A DNA stretch of 64,000 nt, from the NCBI RefSeq assembly GCF_009914755.1, contig NC_060931.1; one strand, given 5' to 3'. Each line of letters starts with the position of its first letter. The stretch's first letter is position 1. Shown here in pieces: positions 14,331 to 29,082 of this stretch. The stretch is from the human T2T-CHM13v2.0 reference genome, Homo sapiens. Position numbers and translations under genes: made by a program. The notes beneath the pieces are model-generated. The model saw only the letters and a list, made by a program, of their open reading frames with translations. It was not told where the DNA came from and ran no database searches.

Positions 14331-15959
14331 ATCTCAAATTCATTCTGTGGCCAGGGGGAAAATATAAACAAGTGGTGAAGACTGGGTATACGAAAATAAT
14401 AGACAGCGTTACAACCAATTTTCCAAACCAGTCGTATTGGGAGATCAAGTCACCAATTTGCCATTATCTACATCTTATGTTCTCCCAACTTCTTTAATCC
14501 TATTTTATAAAATATAGATATTTAAAATTATGCTCACATTTATGAACATAAAAAATCCACATCCACACCAAACTTATAAGAGCGTGGCAGGTAGGATTGG
14601 AGAGAGCAGTATTTCTGTTTTTCTTGTTATGGTAAATACACACTCTTTTTGTAAGTGAAAAGCACAATGCGTGAGAAAAAATTATCTCATTGAATATGCT
14701 TAATAAAATTGAATTCTATGAATATAGAGTTTAAACATGATAGTTTGTTGTATTTATTATATATTACATGCCATGATGAATGTATATGTTAATGACCTAG
14801 TGCCATTTTTGGGAAAGTTAAATAAATATATTCTATTAAAGGAAATCTTCGTTGCCTTTCCTAGGTGCCCAGCTGAGGTTGAATTGACACCCCTATTTAT
14901 GGGAGGCTTGGGCTGAGGCTTCTACTCACATGTGTGAGGGAAAGCCACTCTGAAACAAGAGACACACTGCTTATTAACCACAGATAGCTGGAAGTCTTCA
15001 AGCAGCAGCAAGCAGCTACAAATCTCACCTATCAACTTTATTGAAATTAAATTTTTGTGGTCTCTTCTTATACAATCCCTTTCCCAAAACCAATTTGCAT
15101 AATTTGGTATAATTTGAAATGATTGACACAGGTTGCTAATTGTTGGGGTAGAAACTAGACCCTCAAAGTAGCTAAGTCTCGAGGGCAAAGGTTAGAATCC
15201 AGTAACTGGTAGTGTGGGTCGAATTGATATTCGTTTAATAATCTGTAAACTGTGCAAGAGAATGTAATTGTCCTACATTACAAGGGTAGTCCTTCCACTG
15301 CACAGTTTATTCAAATGTATAATCTAAATAATTCAGTACCTCTGCATACAATAGAGCATTTCCTCATATGCAAACACCATTTAATAGACAGTTAAATCCA
15401 AACAGATGGATAAAAGATGCCAGAACATAATTGGTTTGCTTTTGATTATTTCATTGATACCAATTTACTTAAAGAGTAAGTCTGGACAAGGTAGGATTTA
15501 TTGTCACAGAATACTCAGTTTGACAGGGAGATGTTAAAAGATTCAGCAATGTACTTTCAATTTCCACTCATGAAAGCTTGGGTAAAAATGAACTTTTGAC
15601 CAAATGTTTGGCTTTGTCTTTACTTGGATCTGACCACTACAAACACTTGATAAAACATAAATCGATCTTATTTTATTTAATATCTTCTTCAGGATTTCTT
15701 GGTTTCACAATAGATATCAACCTACTATAATTCTTTTGAATAGCTGGAGAACATCATTTAAAAAGAAATGAGAAGTAATCATTGATGAACAGTTTTTAAA
15801 ACAGCAGCTATAATTCCAAGTCTTATATAAACTACAGTATTTTACGTAATCCTGAATGTTTTCTTTAAGTGTTCTAAATAAAATCTGAAATTTCAGGAAA
15901 TATAGAAGTCGGTGAAATATGTGTGAATACACACACATACACCCACACTTGTAGGGAAG

Positions 15960-16065
15960 AGAATGGCATTATCTCCATTTTACACGTAAGAAAATTGGAC
16001 TCAAGGAAATTGAGTACCTCAAAGCTGCAGAGGAAACAAATAGTGAAACCTGGATTGGAATTTAT
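15960..16065 (-). mobile_element. MIR SINE fragment
   Basis: attatctccattttacacgtaagaaaattggactcaagg. Confidence 0.7.
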
Positions 16066-16849
16066 TTTTATTTTAACTTATTGTGAAGTTCATGTTCCTT
16101 TAAAAGCAATGCTACCAGTTCTTGTCCCCAAACGTTCTTAAAGTCTCTTGGAATACCTCTGTATCTAATAGACAAGATTTTAATTATTTTTATTTTCATT
16201 TTTGATTAGTAAATTAGCTTGATGATTAAACCTAACCATTTTTAAAATAACATATCAATTGCTAAGACTGTGCTCTGCCCTCTTTTGTCAAATCCACTTT
16301 ATCTGATTGTGATAATCCTATTTTGTAGCCATTAAGAACAGGCTTAAAAAATGAAGCCTTTAAAAACTGACAAATTATTTTTTAGATCAATTTCTTTGTT
16401 TTTAGTAGGAGTTGTATTTGAATTCAATAGTAAAAGTATATGGAGATAAACGAAACATAAGAATTAAAATAATTTTTAAGGATTTCAGAGATCTCACTTT
16501 CTCTTCCTTTCAACACAGTTTTTTCCAAGATTACATAATATAAGTACAAGTCTTCATATAAAAGTTTGCATCAAGCAAAGACTATTGGCTTTTCAAAAGC
16601 TGGAATCATTGAATCTATGGATTGCAAGCAGTCCTGACTATGGAAATTATGTGTTAAATACAACTATTACCTCTTTAAATGTGCATTTGATTGAAAAAGT
16701 TGTAAAAAAAAATTCTTCATTTGTAGTAGAAAATGTTGTCTACTTAGATGTTTTTTTAAAGACTTACTGCTTAGATTTCAAAATTTTCTTTTAAAATAAA
16801 AATCTTATTTTATAAATATATAAATAATCATGCAATATACTTGTAATAT

Positions 16850-17340
16850 TTATATATGATAAAATTAATAGTTGTTGATTGCATGAAGTTTGAAACATAC
16901 ATAAAACTACAAAAAGAAAATTATTGCCATTTATATCAGAGTTATCATCATCCAGTCCTTGATTTTATTTTTAAATCTCTTTGCTTAGCAATGTTTAACG
17001 AAAATTTCATCACAATCTTAAATATTTTTCCATAGCATCTTTTCAGTGGATATATAGTATTTCCTCATTTGGCTCAAATGTAACAGGTTTAACAAATCTT
17101 TTATTTTGAGATATTTAGAGTTCTGATTTTTTATTGGTACATCATTATATCCTTCAAACTATTTTCTACAAGATAAAGTTTGAATATAGATTTTAATATT
17201 TTAAAGACATTTATTCACACTGTCAAATTATCCCTCCAAACAGATTATATGAGTTTCTACTCTCAACAGGTAGATAAAATTTCCCCAAACTCTTGCCCGC
17301 ATAGACTCATATTTTTATGAAACGTCTTATTGATGACATG
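16850..17340 (-). mobile_element. Highly decayed L1ME 3' region
   Basis: atatagtatttcc, ctgtcaaattatccctccaaa, tttccccaaactcttgcc. Confidence 0.5.
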
Positions 17341-20300
17341 CTTTCCTGGTGTGTTAAAGCATTTACTCAGTAGGGTGTATAAAGGGATATGAGATACTAA
17401 TTTCACCTGAAATTTGAGGTGTATATACATTTACTTAAACACTTAATATCTGTATAATTCTAAAGACTAGTTTCTGTCTTTTTGATACATAAAGAATGAA
17501 AGCATGTAAAAGCCTACTTGCTATATCTTTCTCCAACTACATCACCGGGTTTACCAGAGAAATACAAACTGCAGGAAATTGTTACTTCCCTATATTACTA
17601 TGTGATGTTTAGGGTTTTATATGTATATTTAAGGGATATATAAGGATGCATGCTTCTATATGTGTAAGTCTACCAGAATCTTATAATGTGGTAATGTGTT
17701 TAAGATAAAATGAGTGAACATTTTCCTGGTGTAAAATTTTACTGTTTGAATGACCAAACACTATATTAATTGGATTTATAAACTTTTTTTGGTGTACAAC
17801 TGACAATTTTCTATGATGATATTTTTTAACTTAAGGGGTTGCAGGTTTAACAAAAACAAAACTAATATTTTTTTTCCAGCTTTGTTTCTTAAGTTGCTTA
17901 TGAGCAATTTGTAGGGCTTTTTTGGTGAAAATCTTCCAGGGCTTTTATTACCATTAATCTTTTGTGAGGGTGTGTATAATTCATCTAACCAGCCATCAGA
18001 ATTCCCAGAGGGTAAATTACTCTAGAGATCTCTGTGCCCTCACACTGTATCAAATTGACCTGCTTCTTGTTTGCCATTTTTGTGTACTCCATTGCTTATT
18101 TAACAAGAAACAGAATGATTGTAATTCTGAGAAGGTCCTTTGATAGTAGTTTTGACACTCTGCCTGAATAATGACCCTCATTATGGTGCCTGTGACAGGC
18201 TCTGAAAGTCCTGATTTATGAATATATCACAGGTTCAGCATTAGAGCTCCCCCTACTCACTTACTTCTGATATAGACCCAGATATGGACAGAGCCCTTTG
18301 AAATATAGAGAGGCTGAGATAATTGCATGATTATGACCATTCAAATCATCTCTTTTCCTAATTTAACAAAGCTCTGCCATTTAATTTTGATTGTCTCCGA
18401 AGTTATTAGGAACCTTTGACAAAATGTTTATTAGAAGAATGTATTTCAGAGCAACTGGGCCAATGACAAAGGTGGAAGTTATTCTTACTTCTCTGTTCCT
18501 AAGCTTCAGCTAAATTTCTATTGCAAATACTCATTAAGGGTTGATGTGATAATAGACTGTTAGAAGCAAGATTAGCTAAGAGCAAAAAGTCTGTGTCCTT
18601 GATAAAACAAATTACAAGACACTCTGTAAACACTTTTTTGTGCAGAATGTTGTTGATTTATTGTTTCCTCTATAGTGATTATTTAAATAAATGTAGCTAA
18701 TTTAGTTCATTTGCCAAACTGTATAATTTTGTTCTTTGTGAAGGGGTTATATGTAAAAGCCTCGAGGAATCACATCCCCATTAATCTTTTTACAAGTGCA
18801 ATAAATAAATAAAGAGACATGGTTTAATTTTGCCAGTTAGAAGATATTTAAATAGCAGCTGTGGTAAACTGATTTCTTTTTCTACTGTTTGAAAAAGCCA
18901 TGTAAATGCACTTTTTCTTGTTACTAGTTTAATGATACACAAGAAAACCATTGCACAACTGTTTTATTGAGGCTATGAGAAACAAAGGTTTTTCCATCAT
19001 CTACTCTTCGGTACCATGACCTTTTAAAAAACTATTGCTCATCTCATGCTTTTCTGCTTATATTTAAAAGTATATAAAATATTATATTTTGCAAATATAA
19101 CATTTGCCAAATATTATAAGAACATTTTAATTTATTTCAGAAAAAAAGATGAAATATGGTACTATTCAATATAAAAAATAAATTCATTAATGTTTTCCTG
19201 AATATCCTTTACTTGCCAAAAGTAAGGATCTGCAAGCACCTTATGGTTTTATTATAAGTAGGAAAACTGAAGGTCTGTCTAGGTGTTCTCAGCTGACTCA
19301 TTTTGAGAGTATCATCAGATGACCCTTGATATTAAAAATACATAGTTACTAAGGGCAGTGGCTGAACGTTAATTTTAAATGAAGTCTGATAATGACCTGG
19401 AGTAAATTTATTAAGGGTCCTCCATTTTATAGCAAAAGCAGTCACTTAAAACATAATAAGATGATTCTGAAATCTTTAAACAAAATGATCAGATTGAATT
19501 CCTTTTAGCAAGCTGAGAATTTTCAAAAGCTTTTTTTATTTCACATCCACAAAGCCTTTATTCTTGATTCATTAACATATTTTTAGAAAGTCTGTTTCTA
19601 GAGGGGAAAATGTTTGCCACCCCTGCAGTGTAGGTATCACTAATGGAATGGATCTTTGGGAAGTTTCCATCATCGATTTTGTATACATATTTTATAAAAA
19701 TTCTGAAGCTGATTTCTTCTTCCTTTGCTTCCCTTCTTGAATAGGCCTTATATAGTAGTATACTGTGATTTTACAAAACTATTTTAGAGCATAACAAAAC
19801 CTTCTGGACCTTAATAACTATACATGACTGATCTGTCCTCTCTAGCAAGGTTAACTGTTTCTCCCGAGGAGTTAAGTGGCATATAAACTATTGTTCACAC
19901 CATTTGTGCTAACAGTATAGGATGACCTCAAATACTGTAGTGGCCATGCGAGGTACCTGCACAATGCATTTATCAACAAAGGGAAAAGGACCACAGGGGC
20001 AGATCTGACTTTAAGTGTATTAGGACTCTATTAGGATAAATGCCTAACCTCACTCCACAGCAAAAAGTAATTACAGAGTCATTGTTTCTATAGTGTTAAT
20101 ATTTTTTATGGTTCTTTAGAAATATGTGCTATTTAGTTCTTGAGTTGACATCTGTACTGTATTATATTTTATACAAAGCACCCAGACTAGACTGTAGAGC
20201 AATCAAATAGCTCTAAGATCATTTTGCTCTTACAGGAAATCAACAACAGATATAAAATATAGATAAAGGAATAGTTTAAATTCAGTAGTTAATTTTTGTA

Positions 20301-21439
20301 CTTAAATTATCTAATTAACAATAGTCTGAACAGCCAGATTTTAGAACTTTATTCTTTCAAAAATTGCATGCTCCATTTAGAGTGTATCGTTGTTTCTTAT
20401 GTATTCACAGATTCTTCTATTTGTGTGTATTTTTATAATGCATCAATTCTGTTTCTATGGATGCCTTCCTTCCTACTCTTAAATATTCTCACCTTATTCT
20501 GGACATGCATTTTTGTGTGTTTTATGAGAAAGACAGAGGTACTAAAACACTTATGTTTACACACACACACACTCCTCATTAAAAAGTTAAAACAAATGTT
20601 AATGTCCCCTCCGGTGAATACCATTGAGTAACACAAAAATGGAAAAATACATATTTGCATGTTCAGAGCAGGAGTGATGTTTAATTTCACAGCCCCAAAT
20701 TATTAGCAATTGTCAAAAGAATATGAAAGTTGGCTCTTTAAATCAAGCCTGTATCTTCCCCTCAAAGGAATCAGATGCATACATACAGTCTTTATTTCAC
20801 CCAGATGAAGAAACAGGAACATAACTCAGTAGTTCTGTAAGAAATATGAGTGCAATTCATGGACCCATATCTGCTTATTAGGGGCCCTAGAAATTTTCAA
20901 TGTGATAATTCATGATAATTTTATCTACACGTTAGAGTTTTCTGACAGCAAAATATACAGTTTGTGTTATATTAAACACTATTGATCACTTTACTCAAAC
21001 ATAATACTCCAGTAAGAGCAGGATGTAGGATGTTAAAAAGTAAATTTGTATCATATAAATGTCATCACAAGGATTTGCTGGCAACTTGTTGGGATGAGAA
21101 TCAAATGATAGAGCTGTGCTGTGTCTTGGTAGATTATTTTAAAAATAGTATTATTATAAAATGCATAGAAATTTGGAAAAGGAGGATATGCAGAAAAGCT
21201 ACAAAATGAAGCAGAATATATTCTTCCAGGATGTTTAAATTAATTGTAGTTTCTGAATTATTTGGAGACATTTTTGCTGTGTTTCTGCCCCCTCGTACTT
21301 ATAAAGTCCTTGAAAGCTTTGCAGTCTTTTGAATGGATTAGATAGATATATAACTGTTAAGATATGATGAACTCCCAACAGTAGCTTTTTACAAAATAAG
21401 CCTCCTTCAACTTTTCTTAGAAGCTCTAAGTCCCTCTTT

Positions 21440-22400
21440 CATTCAATGCAATTTAACTTATTTGAATATTTTATTAGTTGCTTTCTGTATGTCAGCATGG
21501 TGTTAAACCATGAGGTTATATATAAACACACATACTAGCTTCTGCTTTCAAGAAGCTCACAGTCTGAAGGGGAAATAGACTTTCCGATAAATAATTATGA
21601 TATGGTATGAAAACTAGTAACATAATTGCAAATATAAGATACAGAAATAGCACTGAGAATGTATCGATAAATCTTATTAATCTATATATTAAAAATTCTC
21701 TACATGAAGTGTGCAGGAACAATGCTATAGAAAAGTAATCATCTGATGTGGGTTTTGAAGACTACATAAGAGTTTGCCATATCACCACATAAGATGAAGA
21801 GGGCATTTCAGACAGAGAGAGCAGCACCCACAAAGATGCAGGAGCATGGAATAGCATGCTCTATTTGGGGAACTGCAGATAATTTAGAATCTATGGAATA
21901 AAATTGCTAAGGGTAGAGAGAGTGAAGAAACGAGGCTAAGAATAAATACCAGAACCATCTCATGAAGAGTACCTTTTGTCAAGCTAAAGAGCTTACACCT
22001 TATCGTGTAATTCATAACCATTGAAAAACTGGAGTGACATGTTTAAATTTGTGTTATTAAGAATGAAAGGGAAAAATAAAATGGAGAAGGAAAAAACTAG
22101 AAGCAAGGAAACCAGAGAGGAGACAGTTGCAGGTCCAGGAAAGAAATAGTAAAGGCCTGAACCAGTCCCCAGAGAATAGAGATTAGAAAGATGTCTAAGG
22201 AGAATGAAAATACACAATGTGACTCCAAACTCATGACACTGCCTTTCTTCTCTGCTGTATTCCTTCTATTCCTAATTTTTTCAAACTATAGATCTGACAT
22301 TGATGGGACACAGTTGAAGTATTTTAAGATCAGCATGGGGTGATCAGATCTGCATCTTAGTAAAGTCAAATGAGAGAATGTGGCAGGAAATGAAGAGATC
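21440..22400 (-). mobile_element. L2 LINE 3' portion
   Basis: cattcaa...tattttattag...tatgtcagc tail; aagaagctcacagtctga; ttttaagatcagcatggggtgatcagatctgcat. Confidence 0.75.
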
Positions 22401-22404
22401 TTGT

Positions 22405-22850
22405 CACTTGTCTCCTGGTACTTTCTCCTAGGTACCCTACATTTCATTTCAGCCATATTGGCCTACTCTCTCATGGCTGTACAGTTTGAACTACCTGTCT
22501 TCCTACCTTTGAAAGGTCTTCCCTTTCTTTACTGCTTGGCATTCTTCTTATCCTCAGAGCCTTGCTTCAAGCATCATCTTCTCTATGAAGGCTTCCTTGA
22601 GGCCCCTGATATGTCTTCAGGCATAACTGGACCCCCGCCTCCTTCTCCCAATTTTTAAATGTTCTTTACTTAATGCATGCCTCTATTGGAGTGTATAAAC
22701 ACGAAGCATTGCAATTGCCCCATATATGGCTAACAGATACATAGTAGATAAATAATTAAATTAATAGTAGCAGTATTGCAATTGTAGCATTGCAATTGCC
22801 CCATATATGGCTAACAGATACATAGTAGATGATTAATTGAATGATTGAAG
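22405..22850 (+). mobile_element. L2 LINE 3' portion
   Basis: catcttctctatgaaggcttcctt...catagtagat...ttgaatgattgaa. Confidence 0.65.
22705..22830. repeat. Perfect 45-bp direct repeat with 36-bp spacer
   Basis: agcattgcaattgccccatatatggctaacagatacatagtagat at 22705-22749 and 22786-22830. Confidence 0.95.
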
Positions 22851-23448
22851 CAGAGTAGTCACAGATTTAGAGCCATAGATAAATTGGTTATCATGTTTCT
22901 TCTTCATTATGGCCTTTTATTAGGTCCTAGACTCCTACTTCTCTTCTTCAGCATCAACTCTATACTGTTTAAAGATAGGTCGTGCAAAATTAGTCTCAAG
23001 AAATAGTTGAGTAACTTGGAAGTCACTAAGGAAGGTCTTCAGGGAGAACCTGGATGGTTGGTTTGTCATGGTGACAAGGAAGGAAAAAGGTTGATAGAGT
23101 AAGTTGTGAATGTCAAAGGAGTGAGGAGTAGGAGTCCACAGTGACTGAACAATTATTTTCAAACCACTGTGGTGGCCAATGACAATGACAGTTCCTTTCT
23201 TTACTCAAGACACTAGAAGACCAGGAAAAAATACTACCAATGAAGACAAGTTGTAAAGATTATGATGATTTCTGGGGGAAACCATGTTTCTGATTATGGA
23301 GAAAGTGAAAATTTAAACAAATTGATAATGTGAAAAGATTTTGAGCACGAAAGTATGGTTTACTGGAGACAAAGAAAAGCTTATGAGAGAGTGAGGGTAA
23401 GAGACTCTAGTGAGAGATAAGTTGAAAATGGACAAGTGTGGAAATATG

Positions 23449-23743
23449 GGCCGGGCAGTGGTGCCTCACATCAGCACTTTGGGAGATTGATGTGGATCAC
23501 CTGAGGTCAGAAGCCTGGCCAACATGGTGAAACCTCATCTCTACTAAAAATACAAAAACCAACCTGGTGTGGTGATGCATGTCTGTAATCCCAGCTACTC
23601 AGGACCTGAGGCAGGAGAATTGCCTCAACGCAGGGGGCAGAGGTTGCAGTGAGCTGAGATTGTGCCACTGCACTCCAGCCTGGGCAACAGAGTGAGGCTT
23701 CGTCTCAAAAAAAAAAAAAAAAAAAAAAAAAAAGAAGAAGAAG
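23449..23743 (+). mobile_element. AluS with several small deletions in the left arm
   Basis: ggccgggc start, long A tail then (GAA); TSD-like gtggaaatatg / gtggaaacatg. Confidence 0.9.
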
Positions 23744-26401
23744 GAGTGGAAACATGAAACTCTACAGGTGACTTAAGGTGTGGCAAATATACTCTTGGGA
23801 TAGAAGAACATGGAGATTGGGAGGTAGTCCAATCGGTCTTGTATTTAATGGAAGAAATCAGAAATTCTATAATTGAAAGAATACATAGAACTAACCAACT
23901 CCCAGGTTCAAATTGATATTAAGACTGCTAAAATTTACAGCACTGATAGATACTATGCTTTGATTACAGAGCTAAGATGTTTCTGAAATGCAGATTGGAC
24001 AGGACAGGATGTGTGGAGAACAAAATGAAAGGAAATGGTTTAATTGAATCTGAAAAATACTTTTCAATTTATAATAATTAACAGATAACTAAAGAACACT
24101 CACGTAGGAGTTTAGTTGACAAAAATTTACCTAAATTTTAACTAAAAACATATTGCAAATAGAAATACAATTTTATTTCCCCTCTGTAATTACTATACCT
24201 TATGTTTTTAGATCATAAAACATATGATCTGAATTTTGTACCAGAATTTTGTGTCAGTTGTAGGAAAATTGAAAATCACCTCATAGCAATTTCTCCTCTT
24301 ACCAATGCCATCGATGGAGTGCTTCCGTGACTCATCATTTCACATTCTCACTTTTCATTTATGTTAAAAGAAAATTAACCTTCATTTTCTAGAAGAGTCT
24401 TGGTGGCCAGAATCATGAGCTAAACATGGAATTTATTTTCTACCATCAGGAAGCGAGTTTGCTGTTCCTGTTATTATCTGGACCTTGGATAACTGCTCTG
24501 TAACTTTGCTGGTGGCGGTGGAACTGCCCCTAGGGCTGCTGTAGGGTCAGCCCGCTGATGGCCTGTCTTTTTCTCCCAGGTGCTATTGATGAAGAATAAT
24601 CCTCAATTCAGTGTGATTAAAGAGCCAGAGCTGAGATTGCTGCATTTTCCCACTTCATTTCTGGAACCCCCATACACTGTGTTAGAAAGAAAAAAAAATC
24701 TCACAATGATCATTTTAAAAAGGGGGAAATGTTTTGAATGCATTTTTCCTTTTTCCTTAACAATAGAATATAAACGTATTTTTAAAGATTCTTTAGAAAT
24801 GATGTAGGTTGCACAATGCAATATATTATTTTTCTATTCTTTCTTGGTCTAACTTTTTCCCATATACACATTATTGTTATTGACAGCAGTTCTAAAGCCT
24901 TTAAAAGAAAAAGAAATTAAACAATGAATCAATAAAGATTAGTTATTTTCTCCAGATTACTAGCTTATCATTCCCATAATTACAATAATGGTTGCTGATG
25001 GAAATTCTATTTATGTGAATCATTTTATTCTTGTTATTTACTATTATTAATGTTACCATTATTATCTTCTTACCCTTCAGTTCACAAGATGTATCTTCTC
25101 AGTGAATTTTAATTCCAGTATCTTGCTATTATACTGTACATAATCCTATCAAAGACTGTCCTTCATGCAACATTTTCAGTGATATATTATCATAGAGACT
25201 GTTAATGAATGAGCTTCATATCTTACTAATACTGTTTTAGATACTATTTTTATTAATTTCCCAAGCTGTAATTCTTCGTATGCTACCTGTGTCTGTCTTC
25301 TATTAAAGTTGTGTTTTCAATTTTTACATGAGGATTTCAAAGGAAAGCATTAACTTTGTGTCTTTAAAAATACATTTTATTTCACAGATTCTCAGTGATT
25401 ACATTATCATAATGCCCATGCTTTGTTCTCTTATACTTGTAACAAGTTAATTTTCACAATTTTCCTTTACTTTGGATTCCAATTTTATGTTAACAATCAA
25501 AATTAAAACAGTAACACTATGATCTTTCCGACATGCAACTGGGATAAGAAATAACTTGAAAAACAAACCAATTGCACTTTGTCCTTTGACTAAGATCCAG
25601 ACACTATAGTCAAATAAAGAAAATAATTATGTCGACTTTTGTACATACTATCTCTAAGCATTATTACTTGAAAGTAAATACAGTCATCATACAGAAGGTA
25701 CTGTGCTCTTCGGAAATAATTTATTTCATTGAAATGCCTTATTTATTTTATTTTAAAGGGATTAAGAAAGTGAGCAACAAGAAAGCCATTTATTTATCTT
25801 TGTTATAGTCTTTCTTTCACTGCCATATGATTCAGACTGCAAGTTGTTCCTACACAAAATAATTCTTGCTGAAATTTTTGTTATTTTTTTCTCTTTCCCT
25901 CGCACTGGGAATTTTGTAGAATGGTATGGATTTCTTTTCGTGTGTTCCTACAGGAAAGGTCAAACAGAGAGAATGTAGATTAAATAAGCTTAGACTGTAG
26001 CTACATTCCTTTGTAATTACATTAAAACATTCTGACAGTATAAAATAAGTGGCCAATATTAAAATGTCCTTAAAACTACACTATGTACAGAACATGTAAA
26101 TAAGCTTAGATCCCTTTGAAGGAAGATTAAATATACATGTGATATTCTGTAGCTTAGATTAATAGCTAGAGAGAAATGCATTATTATGATAATATAAACT
26201 TATAATGTATTTAGCATATAGCTATAGCTTTCTTCATAAACAAAACACACCCCTATTACTAGTTTGTATTGATATGCCTCATTAATCTTTTCAATACATC
26301 TATTTGTTTTTCCATACATCTCCACATTTACACACACATGTAAAATGAACATATACTAAGCTTGCTGGACTAGTAGCAATTAGGAAGAATAAGAGCTGGT
26401 T

Positions 26402-26497
26402 GGAGAAAGACAAAAGAAAAAGAAAGAAAGATAAAAGATAAAGAGAAGTCAGGAAGAAAGGAAGGAAGGAGGGAAGGAAGGAAGAAAGGAAGGAAGA
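26402..26497. repeat. (GAAA)/(GGAA)n purine tract
   Basis: direct reading. Confidence 0.85.
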
Positions 26498-26699
26498 TTT
26501 TATTAAATCTAAACGCTGTAAAATCAACCCTGGTCTGCTTGTCTTCAAGGAAAACCAAAGTACTAGAAAAATTACAATGATAAGACTGTGCCCCTCATAT
26601 ACACAACACCCTTAACACAATCTTTTGTCCAAGATGTTGGTTTTGATATTGTGTCAGTGGATTTAGAAATATTTAACATCTCCACTTCTACAAATGTAG

Positions 26700-26900
26700 T
26701 GATGCTAGGAAAAAGACAGCTAACATTTAGTAATGTATGTGATATTCCAGGTACTATTTTGATCATTTTGCAGGTATTATAATTTCATTTAATCTTCAAA
26801 ACCACCTCACATGCTAAGTACTTTTATTACTTTGCAAAAGGTCACACAGTTATTGTGTTTGAGAGTTTGATAGTGACGATTCGGCCCAAGAGTCAAACTG
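26700..26900 (-). mobile_element. MIR SINE
   Basis: gctaacatttagtaatg...ccaggtact...tcatttaatcttcaaaaccacc...aaggtcacacag. Confidence 0.7.
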
Positions 26901-27425
26901 AGCCACAATAGTAAACTGATCTCTTATATTATGTCCCAAAACTGGTAGAGGCAAATTCTGTCCCAAGGTCTGTTTTTTTGTTTGTTTGTTTTTGTTTTTT
27001 AATAAATCTCCTCTGTGTGTCAACAGAAAAAAAAAGCCAAAACATAAATCTCTTTAAGCTATGCAACACGTTTTTGCAATCTGAATTCAAATTTTAGGGG
27101 TTCGAAGCTCCATTTGCCATAAGACAAATTCTCAGCTTTACTGAAAAGTTGGTGATTCAAATGTGGTTGTTTTTCATACTCTTTTTTGAAGGCTCATATA
27201 GACTTTTATAACTTTTCTAAAGCATGAAAACAAATTTGCTAATATATTATAAAGCTACACAATAACTTCTAGCCATATCAAATATAAGATTATTAAAACA
27301 TAAAGAACATAAATGTTTCATCCTTGGCAAATGATGTTTAGAAAATATGTTGGCAGTATTTTTACTAATTATAGCTATATCATAAACAGGGTAGATTTAT
27401 ATTTTGCATTCATCAACAGTGATAA

Positions 27426-27997
<572 letters not shown>

Positions 27998-28204
27998 TAT
28001 CTTGTCTTTCAAGTCTCAAAGACAGTACCTGGAAATGGGTAGTCAATCTACAAATGTTTCTTATATAAACCAGTTAGAACTGTAATGGTAATGGGACGAT
28101 GAATTCGATTAAAAAATATTTCATTTTTAACACATATTGTCAACATTGATAAAAATGTCATCAATAACAGAAATTTATTTTTTTTAATTCAGGGAAACTT
28201 CCTC

Positions 28205-28703
28205 TGTATCAGAATCTTGGCATAAAATAAAATTATGATATATGATAGACTAAAATGGGCAATAGGAGAAGAGCTTGATAAAGAGATTATTTACAACAGT
28301 GTGATCAGGGTTTAGGAAAAACAAGAGCTATTGCAGTACCTACCTTGGGCTAGTAACCTCAGGATCCCTTATCAATTACAGGATTTTAAGGAAAAGATAA
28401 TTGAAAAGCTCCTGAGCCTCGAGTGACTGCTTCATCAAGAGTTATCTAAGAGGAGTGAGGACACTTGGTGAAGGGACACAGCCAGCCACAGCCATCACTG
28501 GGGAGACAGTTGGGGGGAAGTATCCCAACCTCAATCTCCTTTTTCTCCAATCTCCAGTCCATGCTTTGCATTGGCTGAACAGAAGTAAAAGCTGGAGGAT
28601 AAGAGAGCTTACTCAACAGTACATACTCAGCATACTCTATAACTAGCAAGACAGAGTTAGAGAGGTGGGAAGGAAGACCCAGGGAGGCAAACAACAGAAC
28701 ACG
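28205..28703 (-). mobile_element. ERVL solo LTR (LTR33-like)
   Basis: tgtatcag...ttgataaagagattatttacaa...cattggctgaac...gggaggcaaac; same family as 39031-39523. Confidence 0.6.
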
Positions 28704-29082
28704 CAGAATCCAGATTTCATTTTCCACATTTCCTGTCCTTTTTCATCTTTAGATTTGGAGTATTTTGCAATGATAAATAGTACAATAACAAAAAGCACAT
28801 TTCCTGTGCTTGGATTATTACTTGAAATTAAATGTTGCTCTTGAGGCTAGTGAATGAGTGTAAGATAACCAATATGCTGGCTTTTACTCCATATCACTAA
28901 ATCGTTTTCTAAGAGTTTAACCAATATTTCCTGCCACCTATAATAAATAACCATGCCCATTTATTATTTTTGTCAGTATTATTACTTACATTTTTTTCAT
29001 TTAATAATCCATTTGCCTGTTTGCTCTGTTCTTACAACCTCTGTGAATTTACAAACTCCTGAACTTTGTTCCTTATCAATAA

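Noticed and set aside
20296-20631. 111-aa ORF in unique DNA
   Set aside because: TTG start, composition typical of AT-rich chance ORFs, no recognisable domain or splice context
22705-22830. Repeat-spacer-repeat resembling a CRISPR unit
   Set aside because: Only two repeats, the spacer is derived from local sequence, primate DNA, no cas genes
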